Shown piece by piece: positions 15,649-23,944 of a DNA stretch of 32,000 nucleotides. The notes beneath the pieces are model-generated. The model was not told where the DNA came from and searched no databases. It saw nothing but the letters and a program-made list of their open reading frames with translations. Both the position numbers and the translations under genes were made by a program. Location of the stretch: the NCBI RefSeq assembly GCF_014280175.1, contig NZ_CP047931.1, forward strand, positions 1,140,001 to 1,172,000, written 5' to 3'. Every line of letters begins with the position of its first letter. The first letter of the stretch is position 1. This DNA comes from Synechococcus sp. A15-28 (GTDB lineage Bacteria > Cyanobacteriota > Cyanobacteriia > PCC-6307 > Cyanobiaceae).

Positions 15649-17553
15649 ATGCCGGTGATGGACGAACAGGGTCAGATTCAGATCCACACCGAGAACATCT
15701 TCCCGATCATCAAGAAGGCCGTTTATTCCGGCCATGAGGTGTTCCTGCGTGAACTGGTCAGCAATGGTGTCGATGCCATCAGCAAGCGGCGGATGGCCGC
15801 CATGGCAGGGGACTGCAGTGAAGGAGACGAGGGTGCCATCCGGATCACGGTGGACCGGGAAGCCAAGACACTCACCATCGCTGACAACGGCATCGGCATG
15901 ACCGCCGATGAGGTGAAGCGGTACATCAACCAGGTGGCCTTCTCCAGTGCGGAGGATTTCCTGGAGAAGTACAAGCAGGAGGGTGACGCGATCATCGGCC
16001 ATTTCGGCCTCGGCTTTTACTCCAGCTTCATGGTGGCTGAGCAGGTGGAGCTGGTGACGCGTTCCGCCCGGCCTGACAGCGAAGCGGTGCGTTGGAGCTG
16101 TGATGGATCTCCGAACTTCAGCCTCAGTTCAGCTGAGCGTGACCAGCCCGGCACCGATGTGATCCTCCACCTGATGGAGGAGGAACTGGAATATCTGGAG
16201 CCCGCACGGATCCGCACCCTGATCAACACCTACTGCGACTTCATGGCAGTGCCGGTGCAGTTGGAAGGGGAAACGGTCAACAAGATGGATCCTCCCTGGC
16301 GCAAGAGCGCCCGGGATTTGACCGACAAGGACTACATCGATCTCTACAACTATCTCTACCCCTTCCAGGGTGACCCACTGCTCTGGGTTCACCTGAACAC
16401 CGATTACCCCTACAACCTGCAGGGGATTCTGTTCTTCCCGAAGCAGACCGGCCGGGCGGACTGGGAGAAAGGCGAGATCAAGCTTTACTGCAACCAGGTG
16501 TTCGTCAGTGACTCGATCAAAGAGGTGGTGCCCCTATATCTCTTGCCGCTGCGTGGTGTGCTCGATTCACCCGACATTCCGCTGAACGTCAGCCGCAGTG
16601 CCCTGCAAACCGACCGACGGGTCCGTTCCATCGGCAATTTCGTCGCCAAGAAGGTTGCTGATCGCCTGCGCAATCTGAAGAAGGACGACCCCTCCGCCTA
16701 CGCAGAGGCCTGGGAATCCCTGGCCCCCTTCGTCAAGATCGGCGCCATGGAGGACGACAAGTTTGCCGATCAGGTGGCGGAGCTGATCCTCTTCGGCACC
16801 AGTGCGACCGCAGCCGATGGCGACACCCCTGACCCCATCAGTGCCGGTGAACGGGCCTTCACCACCCTGGAGGGTTATCGGAGCCGTCTCGCAAGCGACA
16901 ACGACAAACGCATCCTGTACAGCACCGACGACGTGGCCCAGGCCGGTGCACTCAACCTCTGGACCTCCCAGGGAATGGAAGTGCTGAAGCTGGAGACGGT
17001 GATCGACACGCAGTTCATCCCATGGCTGGAGCAACGCCATGAGGATCTGACCTTTCAGCGTGTGGATGCCGAGCTCGATGACAGCCTCAAGGACACCGAC
17101 GCTGAAATCACCGACCAAGACGGGACCACGGAGTCTGACCGACTGCGGGATCTGATCAAGGCCGCCTTGGCGAACGACAAGGTGACCGTGCAGGTGCAGG
17201 CCTTGAAAGCCGAAGGAGCTCCACCGGCGATGATCCTGTTACCGGAGCAGATGCGACGCCTCAATGACATGGGCGCTCTGATGGAACAACGGCTTCCTGG
17301 CTTGCCGGACCATCACGTTCTTCTGGTGAACAAGCGTCATCCACTGGTGGAGGGGATGTTGAAGCTGAAGGCTGGAAGTGTTCTCGTGGGCGATGCTCAG
17401 AGCTCACCGACGGAAGCACTGGCTCAGGACATCGCCCGCCATGTCTATGACATGGCGCGACTGGGTGTTGGCGGCCTCGAGCCGAATGAACTCAGTGGCT
17501 TCCAGACCCGCAGCGCAGAACTGATGGGAACGTTGATGCAGAGGGGGATGTGA
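15649..17553 (+). CDS. htpG: Hsp90-family chaperone HtpG
   Basis: [39 protein letters not shown] and [18 protein letters not shown]-ATPase motifs. Full length of 634 aa. Confidence 0.95.
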   Translation: MPVMDEQGQIQIHTENIFPIIKKAVYSGHEVFLRELVSNGVDAISKRRMAAMAGDCSEGDEGAIRITVDREAKTLTIADNGIGMTADEVKRYINQVAFSSAEDFLEKYKQEGDAIIGHFGLGFYSSFMVAEQVELVTRSARPDSEAVRWSCDGSPNFSLSSAERDQPGTDVILHLMEEELEYLEPARIRTLINTYCDFMAVPVQLEGETVNKMDPPWRKSARDLTDKDYIDLYNYLYPFQGDPLLWVHLNTDYPYNLQGILFFPKQTGRADWEKGEIKLYCNQVFVSDSIKEVVPLYLLPLRGVLDSPDIPLNVSRSALQTDRRVRSIGNFVAKKVADRLRNLKKDDPSAYAEAWESLAPFVKIGAMEDDKFADQVAELILFGTSATAADGDTPDPISAGERAFTTLEGYRSRLASDNDKRILYSTDDVAQAGALNLWTSQGMEVLKLETVIDTQFIPWLEQRHEDLTFQRVDAELDDSLKDTDAEITDQDGTTESDRLRDLIKAALANDKVTVQVQALKAEGAPPAMILLPEQMRRLNDMGALMEQRLPGLPDHHVLLVNKRHPLVEGMLKLKAGSVLVGDAQSSPTEALAQDIARHVYDMARLGVGGLEPNELSGFQTRSAELMGTLMQRGM

Positions 17554-17572
17554 GGACGTCCGTTTGATAAGA

Positions 17573-17610
17573 TGGTTGTTTGGATCTGATTGTTCAGACC
17601 CAAACAACCA
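17573..17610 (+). repeat. Perfect 11-bp inverted repeat (hairpin) in the htpG-rpmB spacer
   Basis: TGGTTGTTTGG (17573-17583) and CCAAACAACCA (17600-17610) flank a 16-nt loop. No T-run follows. It ends 19 nt before the rpmB ATG. Confidence 0.6.
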
Positions 17611-17629
17611 CAAACAGAAGGACGACGAC

Positions 17630-17866
17630 ATGTCTCGGGTGTGCCAGCTCACCGGTACTCGCGCCAACAACGGCATGGCTGTGAGCCATTCCCACATCCG
17701 TACCAAGAAGCTGCAACAGGCCAATTTGCAGAATCGTCGTCTGTGGTGGGCTGAAGGCAAGCGCTGGGTGAACCTTCGTGTCACCACCCGCGCCCTCAAG
17801 ACCATCCAGAAAAAAGGTCTGGGCCCCTACGCCAAGTCTCTGGGCATTAACCTGGCCAAGCTTTGA
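17630..17866 (+). CDS. rpmB: 50S ribosomal protein L28
   Basis: [34 protein letters not shown]... is a typical L28 sequence (78 aa). The track ORF start at 17564 adds 22 non-homologous residues across the hairpin, so ATG 17630 is used. Confidence 0.93.
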   Translation: MSRVCQLTGTRANNGMAVSHSHIRTKKLQQANLQNRRLWWAEGKRWVNLRVTTRALKTIQKKGLGPYAKSLGINLAKL

Positions 17867-17876
17867 TTTCAACCGT

Positions 17877-18437
17877 GTGCGCCGGCGTGATCTGATCATC
17901 AAATCCGGCCTGCTGCTGACGGCGTTGTCAATCACCCCATCGAAGGTTTGGTCCCTCGGTGGGGTTGTTTTGCAGGCAGGCACTGAGGTTCCAGGTTTTG
18001 ACCTGCCGGGTTCCAGCCGGCGCGAACCGGACCGTGACCGTTGGTCCAGTGGGGATCTGCGCGGACGCTGGCTGGCGGTGTATTTCTATCCCCGTGATTT
18101 CACCGGTGGCTGCACGATTGAAGCCAGGGGGTTTGAATCCCTGCACGAGGACTTCCTTGCGGCTGGAGCCGAAGTGGTGGGGATCAGCGCCGACAGCGTT
18201 GATGATCACGCCTCGTTCTGCGAAAGCGAAGGCCTCAGCTTCCCTCTGTTGTCCGACCCCGATGGGACGGTGAGCAAAGCCTATGGGTCATGGATGGCGC
18301 CCTATTCACTGCGCCACACCTTTCTGATCGACCCCGACGGCATCCTTCGTCAGCGCTGGGTTGCAGTCAGGCCCAGTGGCCATGCTCAGGAGGTTCTGGA
18401 CGTGATGACGGATCTGCAAAACAACACCTCGGTTTGA
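17877..18437 (+). CDS. bcp: Peroxiredoxin (BCP/PrxQ, AhpC/TSA family) with Tat-like N-terminal signal
   Basis: VYFYPRDFTGGCTIEARGF peroxidatic-Cys motif and GISADSVDDHASFCE. GTG at 17877 gives (M)RRRDLIIKSGLLLTALSITPSKVWS. The track start at 17778 would overlap rpmB by 89 nt. Confidence 0.8.
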   Translation: MRRRDLIIKSGLLLTALSITPSKVWSLGGVVLQAGTEVPGFDLPGSSRREPDRDRWSSGDLRGRWLAVYFYPRDFTGGCTIEARGFESLHEDFLAAGAEVVGISADSVDDHASFCESEGLSFPLLSDPDGTVSKAYGSWMAPYSLRHTFLIDPDGILRQRWVAVRPSGHAQEVLDVMTDLQNNTSV

Positions 18438-18452
18438 CAGAATTAGATCAGT

Positions 18453-18468
18453 TGTGAAATAGTGTACA
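18453..18468. promoter_or_regulatory. CRP/NtcA-family-like palindrome in the ggpS leader
   Basis: TGTGAAATAGTGTACA matches TGTA-N8-TACA at 7 of 8 defined positions and carries a perfect CRP half-site TGTGA. It sits in a 47-nt AT-rich spacer. A consensus -35 hexamer TTGACA (18434-18439) overlaps the bcp stop codon. Confidence 0.3.
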
Positions 18469-18484
18469 AAGTTGGAATTACTAT

Positions 18485-19972
18485 ATGGGTTTAAGTTCAT
18501 TCGTCATCCTTTATCATCGAACCCCGTTTGATGAGGGAAAAGATTCGTCAGGCAACCGAATCTGGGTTGACCAGAAAAGCCCAAACGGCATTATTCCAAC
18601 TCTGAGAAATCTTTTCAGAAGCCGAGATGACGGCACCTGGATTGCTTGGCGCCGGGTCGATCATCCCGAGCAGTCAGACGTTGAACGCTTGGAGATGGCC
18701 AACCCCTCTCCCTTCACGCTGAGCAGGATTCCGCTGACAGATGAACAGATATCCAGTTTTTATCACATCACTTCCAAGGAATCCTTCTGGCCAATTCTGC
18801 ACACATTCCCAACCCATTTCAACGTTAACAACGCCAATTGGACCATTTTTGAAGAGGTCAATAAGCGATTTGCCAATGCTGCCTGTGTAGAGGCCGCCGA
18901 GGGAGCGACCGTCTGGGTTCACGATTACAACCTCTGGCTTGCGCCTGGCTACATCCGACAGCAGAGACCAGATCTGAAGATCGCCTTCTTCCACCACACG
19001 CCGTTTCCGGGTAACGACGTTTTCGCCATCCTCCCCTGGAGAGAACAGATTCTGGAAAGTCTGCTCTGTTGTGATGTCGTCGGCTTCCATATCCCCCGCT
19101 ACACAGAGAACTTCGCCCGTGCTGCCAGCACACTGGTGGGAGCCAAGCGGGGCCCCAAGGTCCCTGTTGACCAAAAATTCATCACCGTCGGTACTGCCCT
19201 CTCGGAAGGGACAGTGACCAGCCATCTGGATCACAACGGCCGCCGCATTCAACTGTTGAGTTCCCCTGTGGGGACATCACCCGATGTGATTCAGGAGTTG
19301 TCGTGGAGCGCCTCCGTTGAAAGTTACGGAGAAATGATCGTCCAGGACACAAAAAAAGGACGAAAGTTGATTCTTTCGGCAAGCCGGGTTGATTACACCA
19401 AGGGCAACGAAGAGCTGCTTCTCGCATTTGAGCGTCTGCTCGAGCGACGGAAGGACTTGCATGGTGAAGTCGTCCTGATGCTGGCCTGCGTTGCTGCAGC
19501 AAGCGGCATGAAGATCTACGAGGAAACGCAGCGATCCATCGAGGAGATGGCCGGTCGCATCAACGGTCGTTTCAGTCAGGTCGATTGGATTCCGGTTCGG
19601 TTCTCCACCAGACGGATTCCCTATGAAGAGATGGTGGCTTGGTTCTGCCATGCAGATGTCTGCTGGATCACGCCGCTGCGGGATGGATTGAACCTGGTGG
19701 CCAAGGAATACGCCGCTGCCCGTCGTCATCGCGGAGGAGTGCTTGTTCTTTCGGAATTCACCGGTGCATCGGTTGTTCTTGAAGGGGCCGTCTTGACCAA
19801 TCCCTATTCCAACCGCCGCATGGACGACGCCATCGAGTCGGCTCTGGAGATGCCGGAGGACGAGCAGCGCCAACGGATGGAGACCATGTCAGCGGCTGTG
19901 GAGGCCTACACCGTGAAGGATTGGGCCGAGGAGCAGCTGGCAGGGTTCCCTGAAGTTGCCAACGTTGGCTGA
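18485..19972 (+). CDS. ggpS: Glucosylglycerol-phosphate synthase (GT20, OtsA-like)
   Basis: VILYHRTPFDE...KSPNGIIPTL, FYHITSKESFWPILHTFP, WVHDYNLWLAPGYIRQ, IAFFHHTPFP, GFHIPRYTENF and ITPLRDGLNLVAKEY match my recollection of Synechocystis GgpS along the whole 495 aa. Confidence 0.88.
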   Translation: MGLSSFVILYHRTPFDEGKDSSGNRIWVDQKSPNGIIPTLRNLFRSRDDGTWIAWRRVDHPEQSDVERLEMANPSPFTLSRIPLTDEQISSFYHITSKESFWPILHTFPTHFNVNNANWTIFEEVNKRFANAACVEAAEGATVWVHDYNLWLAPGYIRQQRPDLKIAFFHHTPFPGNDVFAILPWREQILESLLCCDVVGFHIPRYTENFARAASTLVGAKRGPKVPVDQKFITVGTALSEGTVTSHLDHNGRRIQLLSSPVGTSPDVIQELSWSASVESYGEMIVQDTKKGRKLILSASRVDYTKGNEELLLAFERLLERRKDLHGEVVLMLACVAAASGMKIYEETQRSIEEMAGRINGRFSQVDWIPVRFSTRRIPYEEMVAWFCHADVCWITPLRDGLNLVAKEYAAARRHRGGVLVLSEFTGASVVLEGAVLTNPYSNRRMDDAIESALEMPEDEQRQRMETMSAAVEAYTVKDWAEEQLAGFPEVANVG

Positions 19973-21234
19973 TGGTGGTCCGGCGCCGCTTGATCGCCTT
20001 TGGTCTCGGTCTTCTCCTGTTGGCAGGTGTCGTCTGGGGACGTCAGCAGCAAGTCCAGTCGGTCACGATCCTGATGCCAGCGCCCTACGCCGATGCCACG
20101 GCGACGCTGGTGGATCGGTTCAACGCTGACCACCGCGGCCAGATCCACCTCAGCGTCAGCCGAGGTCCCCTGGAGACGGAGTCAATCTCCGATCTGGCTA
20201 TCAGCAGTCTTCTGCTGGGGTCTCCACCGTTTGATGCCTTGCTGGTGGATGTGACCTGGCTGCCGAAGTATGTCGCCGCCGGATGGTTGGAACCCCTTGA
20301 ACCATGGTTTGACGCCGCTGATGAACAGGAGCTGGTGGCGGGAGCTCGGCTTGGCAATCGGGTGAATGGGTCCCTGTACCGCTGGCCTTTGGGTGCCGAT
20401 GTCGGCCTGCTGTACTGGCGAACAGACCTGATGGCCGATCCACCAACAACGCCGGATGAACTCACGGCTGTCGTGAGCAATCTGCAGCAGAACGGTCAGG
20501 CACCCCAGGGGTTTGTCTGGCAGGGGCGTCAGTACGAGGGTCTCAGTTGCGATTTTGTTGAAATGCTCCAGGCGTTCGGTGGTTCCTGGTTCAACGCAGC
20601 CACTGGAGAACCGAGCCTCGACAGTGCCGCGGCGCGACAGACCGCGACCTGGATGAAAAGCCTGATCAACAACGGAATCAGCCCGCGGGCCGTCACCAAT
20701 TACGCGGAGTCGGAGTCCCTGCAGGCGTTCAAGGCCGGCGACGCTGCGCTGATGCGCAACTGGCCCTATGCCTGGGCGGAACTGCAGGGAGATAACAGTG
20801 CAGTGAAGGGGCGCATCGGCGTCACCACCATGGTGGCGCTTCCGGGAGAGACCCCGGCCGCCACCCTCGGCAGCTGGGGGTTGAGCATGTTGCGGGACAC
20901 ACCCCATCCCGCAGCCACCGCTGAAGCGATCCGATATCTCACCAGCCAGGAGGCCCAACGGGAACGGTTTCTCAACCAGGGCTACACCCCAACAGCCCAG
21001 GCCCTTTTCCGGGATCCGGAGCTTGTGGAACGTTCTGCGGTCCTTCCGCAGCTGGAAGGGGCTCTGGCTAACGCGGTTCCACGGCCAATGTCCCCTCTCT
21101 ATGCCCAGATGAGCGATCTGCTGCAGCGTCAGCTGAGTGGAATCCTCACGGAAGATCTTGATCCAGATGCCGGGATGGCTCAGGCCCAGGCGTCAACCCT
21201 CACCTTGTTCCGTTCCGCTGGGGGCTCGACATGA
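19972..21234 (+). CDS. ggtB: CUT1-family sugar ABC transporter substrate-binding protein (GgtB-like by synteny)
   Basis: N-terminal anchor/signal MVVRRRLIAFGLGLLLLAGVVWG, then a family-1 extracellular solute-binding fold (WPYAWAEL, GSWGLSM). The start overlaps the ggpS stop (TGATG). Substrate assignment rests on context only. Confidence 0.75.
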   Translation: MVVRRRLIAFGLGLLLLAGVVWGRQQQVQSVTILMPAPYADATATLVDRFNADHRGQIHLSVSRGPLETESISDLAISSLLLGSPPFDALLVDVTWLPKYVAAGWLEPLEPWFDAADEQELVAGARLGNRVNGSLYRWPLGADVGLLYWRTDLMADPPTTPDELTAVVSNLQQNGQAPQGFVWQGRQYEGLSCDFVEMLQAFGGSWFNAATGEPSLDSAAARQTATWMKSLINNGISPRAVTNYAESESLQAFKAGDAALMRNWPYAWAELQGDNSAVKGRIGVTTMVALPGETPAATLGSWGLSMLRDTPHPAATAEAIRYLTSQEAQRERFLNQGYTPTAQALFRDPELVERSAVLPQLEGALANAVPRPMSPLYAQMSDLLQRQLSGILTEDLDPDAGMAQAQASTLTLFRSAGGST

Positions 21235-22097
21235 ACCTTCTCCTGCTGCTGCCAGCGTTGCTGCTGATGGGCCTGGTGTTTGTCTGGCCGATGCTCCGCT
21301 ACGGCTGGCTGAGTTTTCATGCCGATTCAGTCCTCACCGGCCTCAACCCTGTGCCCAATGGCGGGGCCAATTGGGTTCGCTTGCTGGATGACCAGCGCTT
21401 CTGGCAGGACACGCTTCAGACCACCCGGTTCGCCGGCGTCTCCGTCGGCCTGGAACTGCTGCTCGCTCTGGCGATTGCCCTGCTGCTGGATCAACGCTGG
21501 CGTGGTCGAGGGATGGTGCGTGCCTTGGCCTTGCTGCCCTGGGCCCTCCCCACCACGATGATGGCCCTGGGTTGGCGCTGGATCTTCAACACCCCCTACG
21601 GCCCGATCGAACGTCTGACCCAGATGCTGGGGCTCGGACCCCTGAATCTCCTGTCCACGCCGATGTGGACTTGGCTGGTGACCGTTTTGGCCGATGTCTG
21701 GAAGACAACGCCATTCATCGCACTACTTTTGCTGGCTGGCCTGCAGACCATTCCTGAGGATCTGTACAGCGCCTTCCGTCTCGAAGGTGGGCGGCCAGTG
21801 CAGGCCCTGACGAGCATCACCCTGCCGTTGTTGATGCCCTACGTCCTGATTGCACTGCTGTTCCGCGGCGCTCAGGCCTTCGGCGTCTTCGATCTGATCC
21901 AGGTGCTCACGGGGGGCGGCCCGGCGGGCAGCACCGAAAGCGTGGCGCTCTATGCCTACCTCAGTGCCATGCGCTTCCTGGACTTCGGTTACAGCGCCAC
22001 CGCGATGCTGGCGGGATTTCTGCTGCTCAGCCTGACGATGCTGATCCTGGCGATGCTGCTGCGCCTCAGCGGTCTGATCAAGCCGGTTCAACCATGA
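21231..22097 (+). CDS. ggtC: CUT1 sugar ABC transporter permease (GgtC-like)
   Basis: Six-TM MalF/UgpA-type permease with EAA loop PEDLYSAFRLEGGRPVQALTSITLP. ATGA overlap with ggtB. Confidence 0.75.
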   Translation: MNLLLLLPALLLMGLVFVWPMLRYGWLSFHADSVLTGLNPVPNGGANWVRLLDDQRFWQDTLQTTRFAGVSVGLELLLALAIALLLDQRWRGRGMVRALALLPWALPTTMMALGWRWIFNTPYGPIERLTQMLGLGPLNLLSTPMWTWLVTVLADVWKTTPFIALLLLAGLQTIPEDLYSAFRLEGGRPVQALTSITLPLLMPYVLIALLFRGAQAFGVFDLIQVLTGGGPAGSTESVALYAYLSAMRFLDFGYSATAMLAGFLLLSLTMLILAMLLRLSGLIKPVQP

Positions 22098-22912
22098 CCC
22101 GTCGCCTTGCCCCCTGGATCAGCCTGTTGCTGGTGTGGTCCCTGCTGCCCATGCTCTGGCAGCTGATCAGCTCGTTCTCCACCGCGGAATCGCTGGTGGA
22201 CGGTTCGATTCCATTTCTGCAGCGCTGGACCCTGGTGCACTACAGGGAGTTATTGGCGAGCGATCCTCCCTTCTGGCGCTACGTGCTGAACAGTGCCGCC
22301 GTCAGCGGTCTCACCACCCTCATCACCCTTGCGCTGGCCATCCCCGCTGCCTATGGCCTGGCCAGAGTCCCCCAGCAGCTGCGGCGCATTGTGCGTTGGA
22401 TGACCGCTGCAGCCGCGTTGTTCCCCTATGTGCTGCTGTTTCTGGCGTTGCTGGAACTTGCCCGTCGGTTTTCACTGGGCAACAACCTGTTCGCCCTGGC
22501 CTTGCCCTATGCAGGTCTGGCGATGCCCCTGGCCCTGCTGCTGCTGACCTCAGCCTTCGAAGCACTTCCCAAGGAACTGGAGGATGCGGCCCGATTGGAG
22601 GGTCTGGGGCTCTGGCAGCGCCTCCGCTGGGTGCTGGTGCCTCTGCTGGCACCAGCCAGCGCCAGCACGGCGATTTTGGTGTTTCTGTTCGCCTGGAATG
22701 AATACCCCATCGCCTTGACCTGGCTCAGCCGGGACGAACTGCTGACCCTTCCGGTTGCCATGGCTCGCATTGCCGGATCGTCGATCTATTCCATTCCCTA
22801 CGGCGCCTATGCCGCCGCCACGGTTCTGGGGTCCCTTCCTCTGCTGCTTCTGGTGCTGGTCTGTCAACGTCAGATCGTGTCAGGGCTCACCAACGGAGCG
22901 ATCAAAGGCTGA
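22094..22912 (+). CDS. ggtD: CUT1 sugar ABC transporter permease (GgtD-like)
   Basis: MalG/UgpE-type permease with EAA loop PKELEDAARLEGLGLWQRLRWVLVP. ATGA overlap with ggtC. Confidence 0.75.
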   Translation: MTRRLAPWISLLLVWSLLPMLWQLISSFSTAESLVDGSIPFLQRWTLVHYRELLASDPPFWRYVLNSAAVSGLTTLITLALAIPAAYGLARVPQQLRRIVRWMTAAAALFPYVLLFLALLELARRFSLGNNLFALALPYAGLAMPLALLLLTSAFEALPKELEDAARLEGLGLWQRLRWVLVPLLAPASASTAILVFLFAWNEYPIALTWLSRDELLTLPVAMARIAGSSIYSIPYGAYAAATVLGSLPLLLLVLVCQRQIVSGLTNGAIKG

Positions 22913-23883
22913 TGCTGCATCTCAACGGGCTGGGCAAATGCTTCGGGGACCAGTGGATTCTGCGGGACCTCAACCTTCAGTTGCATGAGGGTGAATGTGT
23001 CGCTTTGCTGGGGCCCAGCGGTTGCGGCAAAAGCACTGCGTTGCGCTTGATCGCAGGACTGGAACGACAGGATGAGGGATCCATCGAACTCGATGGTGCA
23101 CCGCTGGACAGCATCCCCGCGGAACGCCGGCGCATCGCCATGGTGTTTCAGAGCTACGCGCTGTTTCCTCACCTGAGCGTTCAGGAAAACCTCGACCTCG
23201 GTTTGAAGATCCGCCGAGTTGCCCCCGCTCAACGCCAGCAACGGATTGAGTTGGTGTTGGACACGGTGCGACTGCGGGAGATGGCCGATCGTCGACCTCA
23301 GCAGCTGTCCGGAGGACAACGCCAGAGGGTTGCCCTGGCCAGAGCTCTTCTCCGTGATCCCAGGGTCTACCTGCTGGACGAACCGATGAGCAACCTGGAT
23401 GCCCAGTTGCGGGATGACCTGCGTCCGGAACTGCGCCAGCTGATCCTGCAGGGATCCCAACCTGTGGTGTATGTCACCCACGACCAGCAGGAGGCGATGG
23501 CTCTGGCGAACCGCATTGCCGTCCTCAAAGGGGGACGCATTGAACAGATCGGAACCCCTGAAGAGCTCTACAAGACGCCCGCCAGCCGCTTCGTCGCCAG
23601 CTTCATCGGCCGTCCTCAGATCAATCTGCTGAACGTGGATCAACAGCTCACCATCGGCATCCGACCAGAGGACGTGGGCTTCGATCCCGATGGGATGCCC
23701 TGTCGCCTGATCAGTCGTGAATGGCAGGGGGCGAGCCAGTTGTTGTTGCTGGACAGTCCCCGCGGAGCCCTGCGCATGCTTTGTGCCGGTGATGCTGTCT
23801 TGAGCGAGCCCCTGTCCGTGAGCTGGCCGGCCCATGCGGAGCATCGCTTTGATGCCGGCAGCGGACGTCGACTTGCTGGATAA
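22912..23883 (+). CDS. ggtA: MalK/UgpC-type ABC transporter ATP-binding protein (GgtA-like)
   Basis: Walker [25 protein letters not shown], Walker B VYLLDEPMSNLD, and a C-terminal TOBE-like regulatory domain. TGATG overlap with ggtD. Confidence 0.8.
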   Translation: MLHLNGLGKCFGDQWILRDLNLQLHEGECVALLGPSGCGKSTALRLIAGLERQDEGSIELDGAPLDSIPAERRRIAMVFQSYALFPHLSVQENLDLGLKIRRVAPAQRQQRIELVLDTVRLREMADRRPQQLSGGQRQRVALARALLRDPRVYLLDEPMSNLDAQLRDDLRPELRQLILQGSQPVVYVTHDQQEAMALANRIAVLKGGRIEQIGTPEELYKTPASRFVASFIGRPQINLLNVDQQLTIGIRPEDVGFDPDGMPCRLISREWQGASQLLLLDSPRGALRMLCAGDAVLSEPLSVSWPAHAEHRFDAGSGRRLAG

Positions 23884-23897
23884 CCCGGACTTAACCC
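23879..23897 (+). promoter_or_regulatory. Two-unit Pho-box-like direct repeat upstream of the PstS-like gene
   Basis: GATAACCC (23879-23886) and CTTAACCC (23890-23897) lie in the same orientation with 11-bp phasing. The second unit matches PyTTAAPyPy(T/A) at 7/8. The repeat straddles the ggtA TAA (23881-23883). Confidence 0.3.
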
Positions 23898-23944
23898 CAC
23901 GCCACGGCGCAAAGCGCATCATTGGGGAACCGTTCTGAAAGTCG

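Noticed and set aside
17564-17876. Track extensions of rpmB (17564..17629) and of the peroxiredoxin ORF (17778..17876)
   Set aside because: The rpmB extension adds residues unrelated to L28 and runs through the hairpin. The peroxiredoxin extension would overlap rpmB by 89 nt in another frame. Internal starts at ATG 17630 and GTG 17877 give family-typical proteins.
18306-18500. 64-aa minus-strand ORF spanning the bcp 3' end, the AT-rich spacer and the ggpS start
   Set aside because: It overlaps two supported genes, starts inside ggpS, and has no RBS-like context or recognisable sequence. The AT-rich spacer is better explained as the ggpS promoter region.
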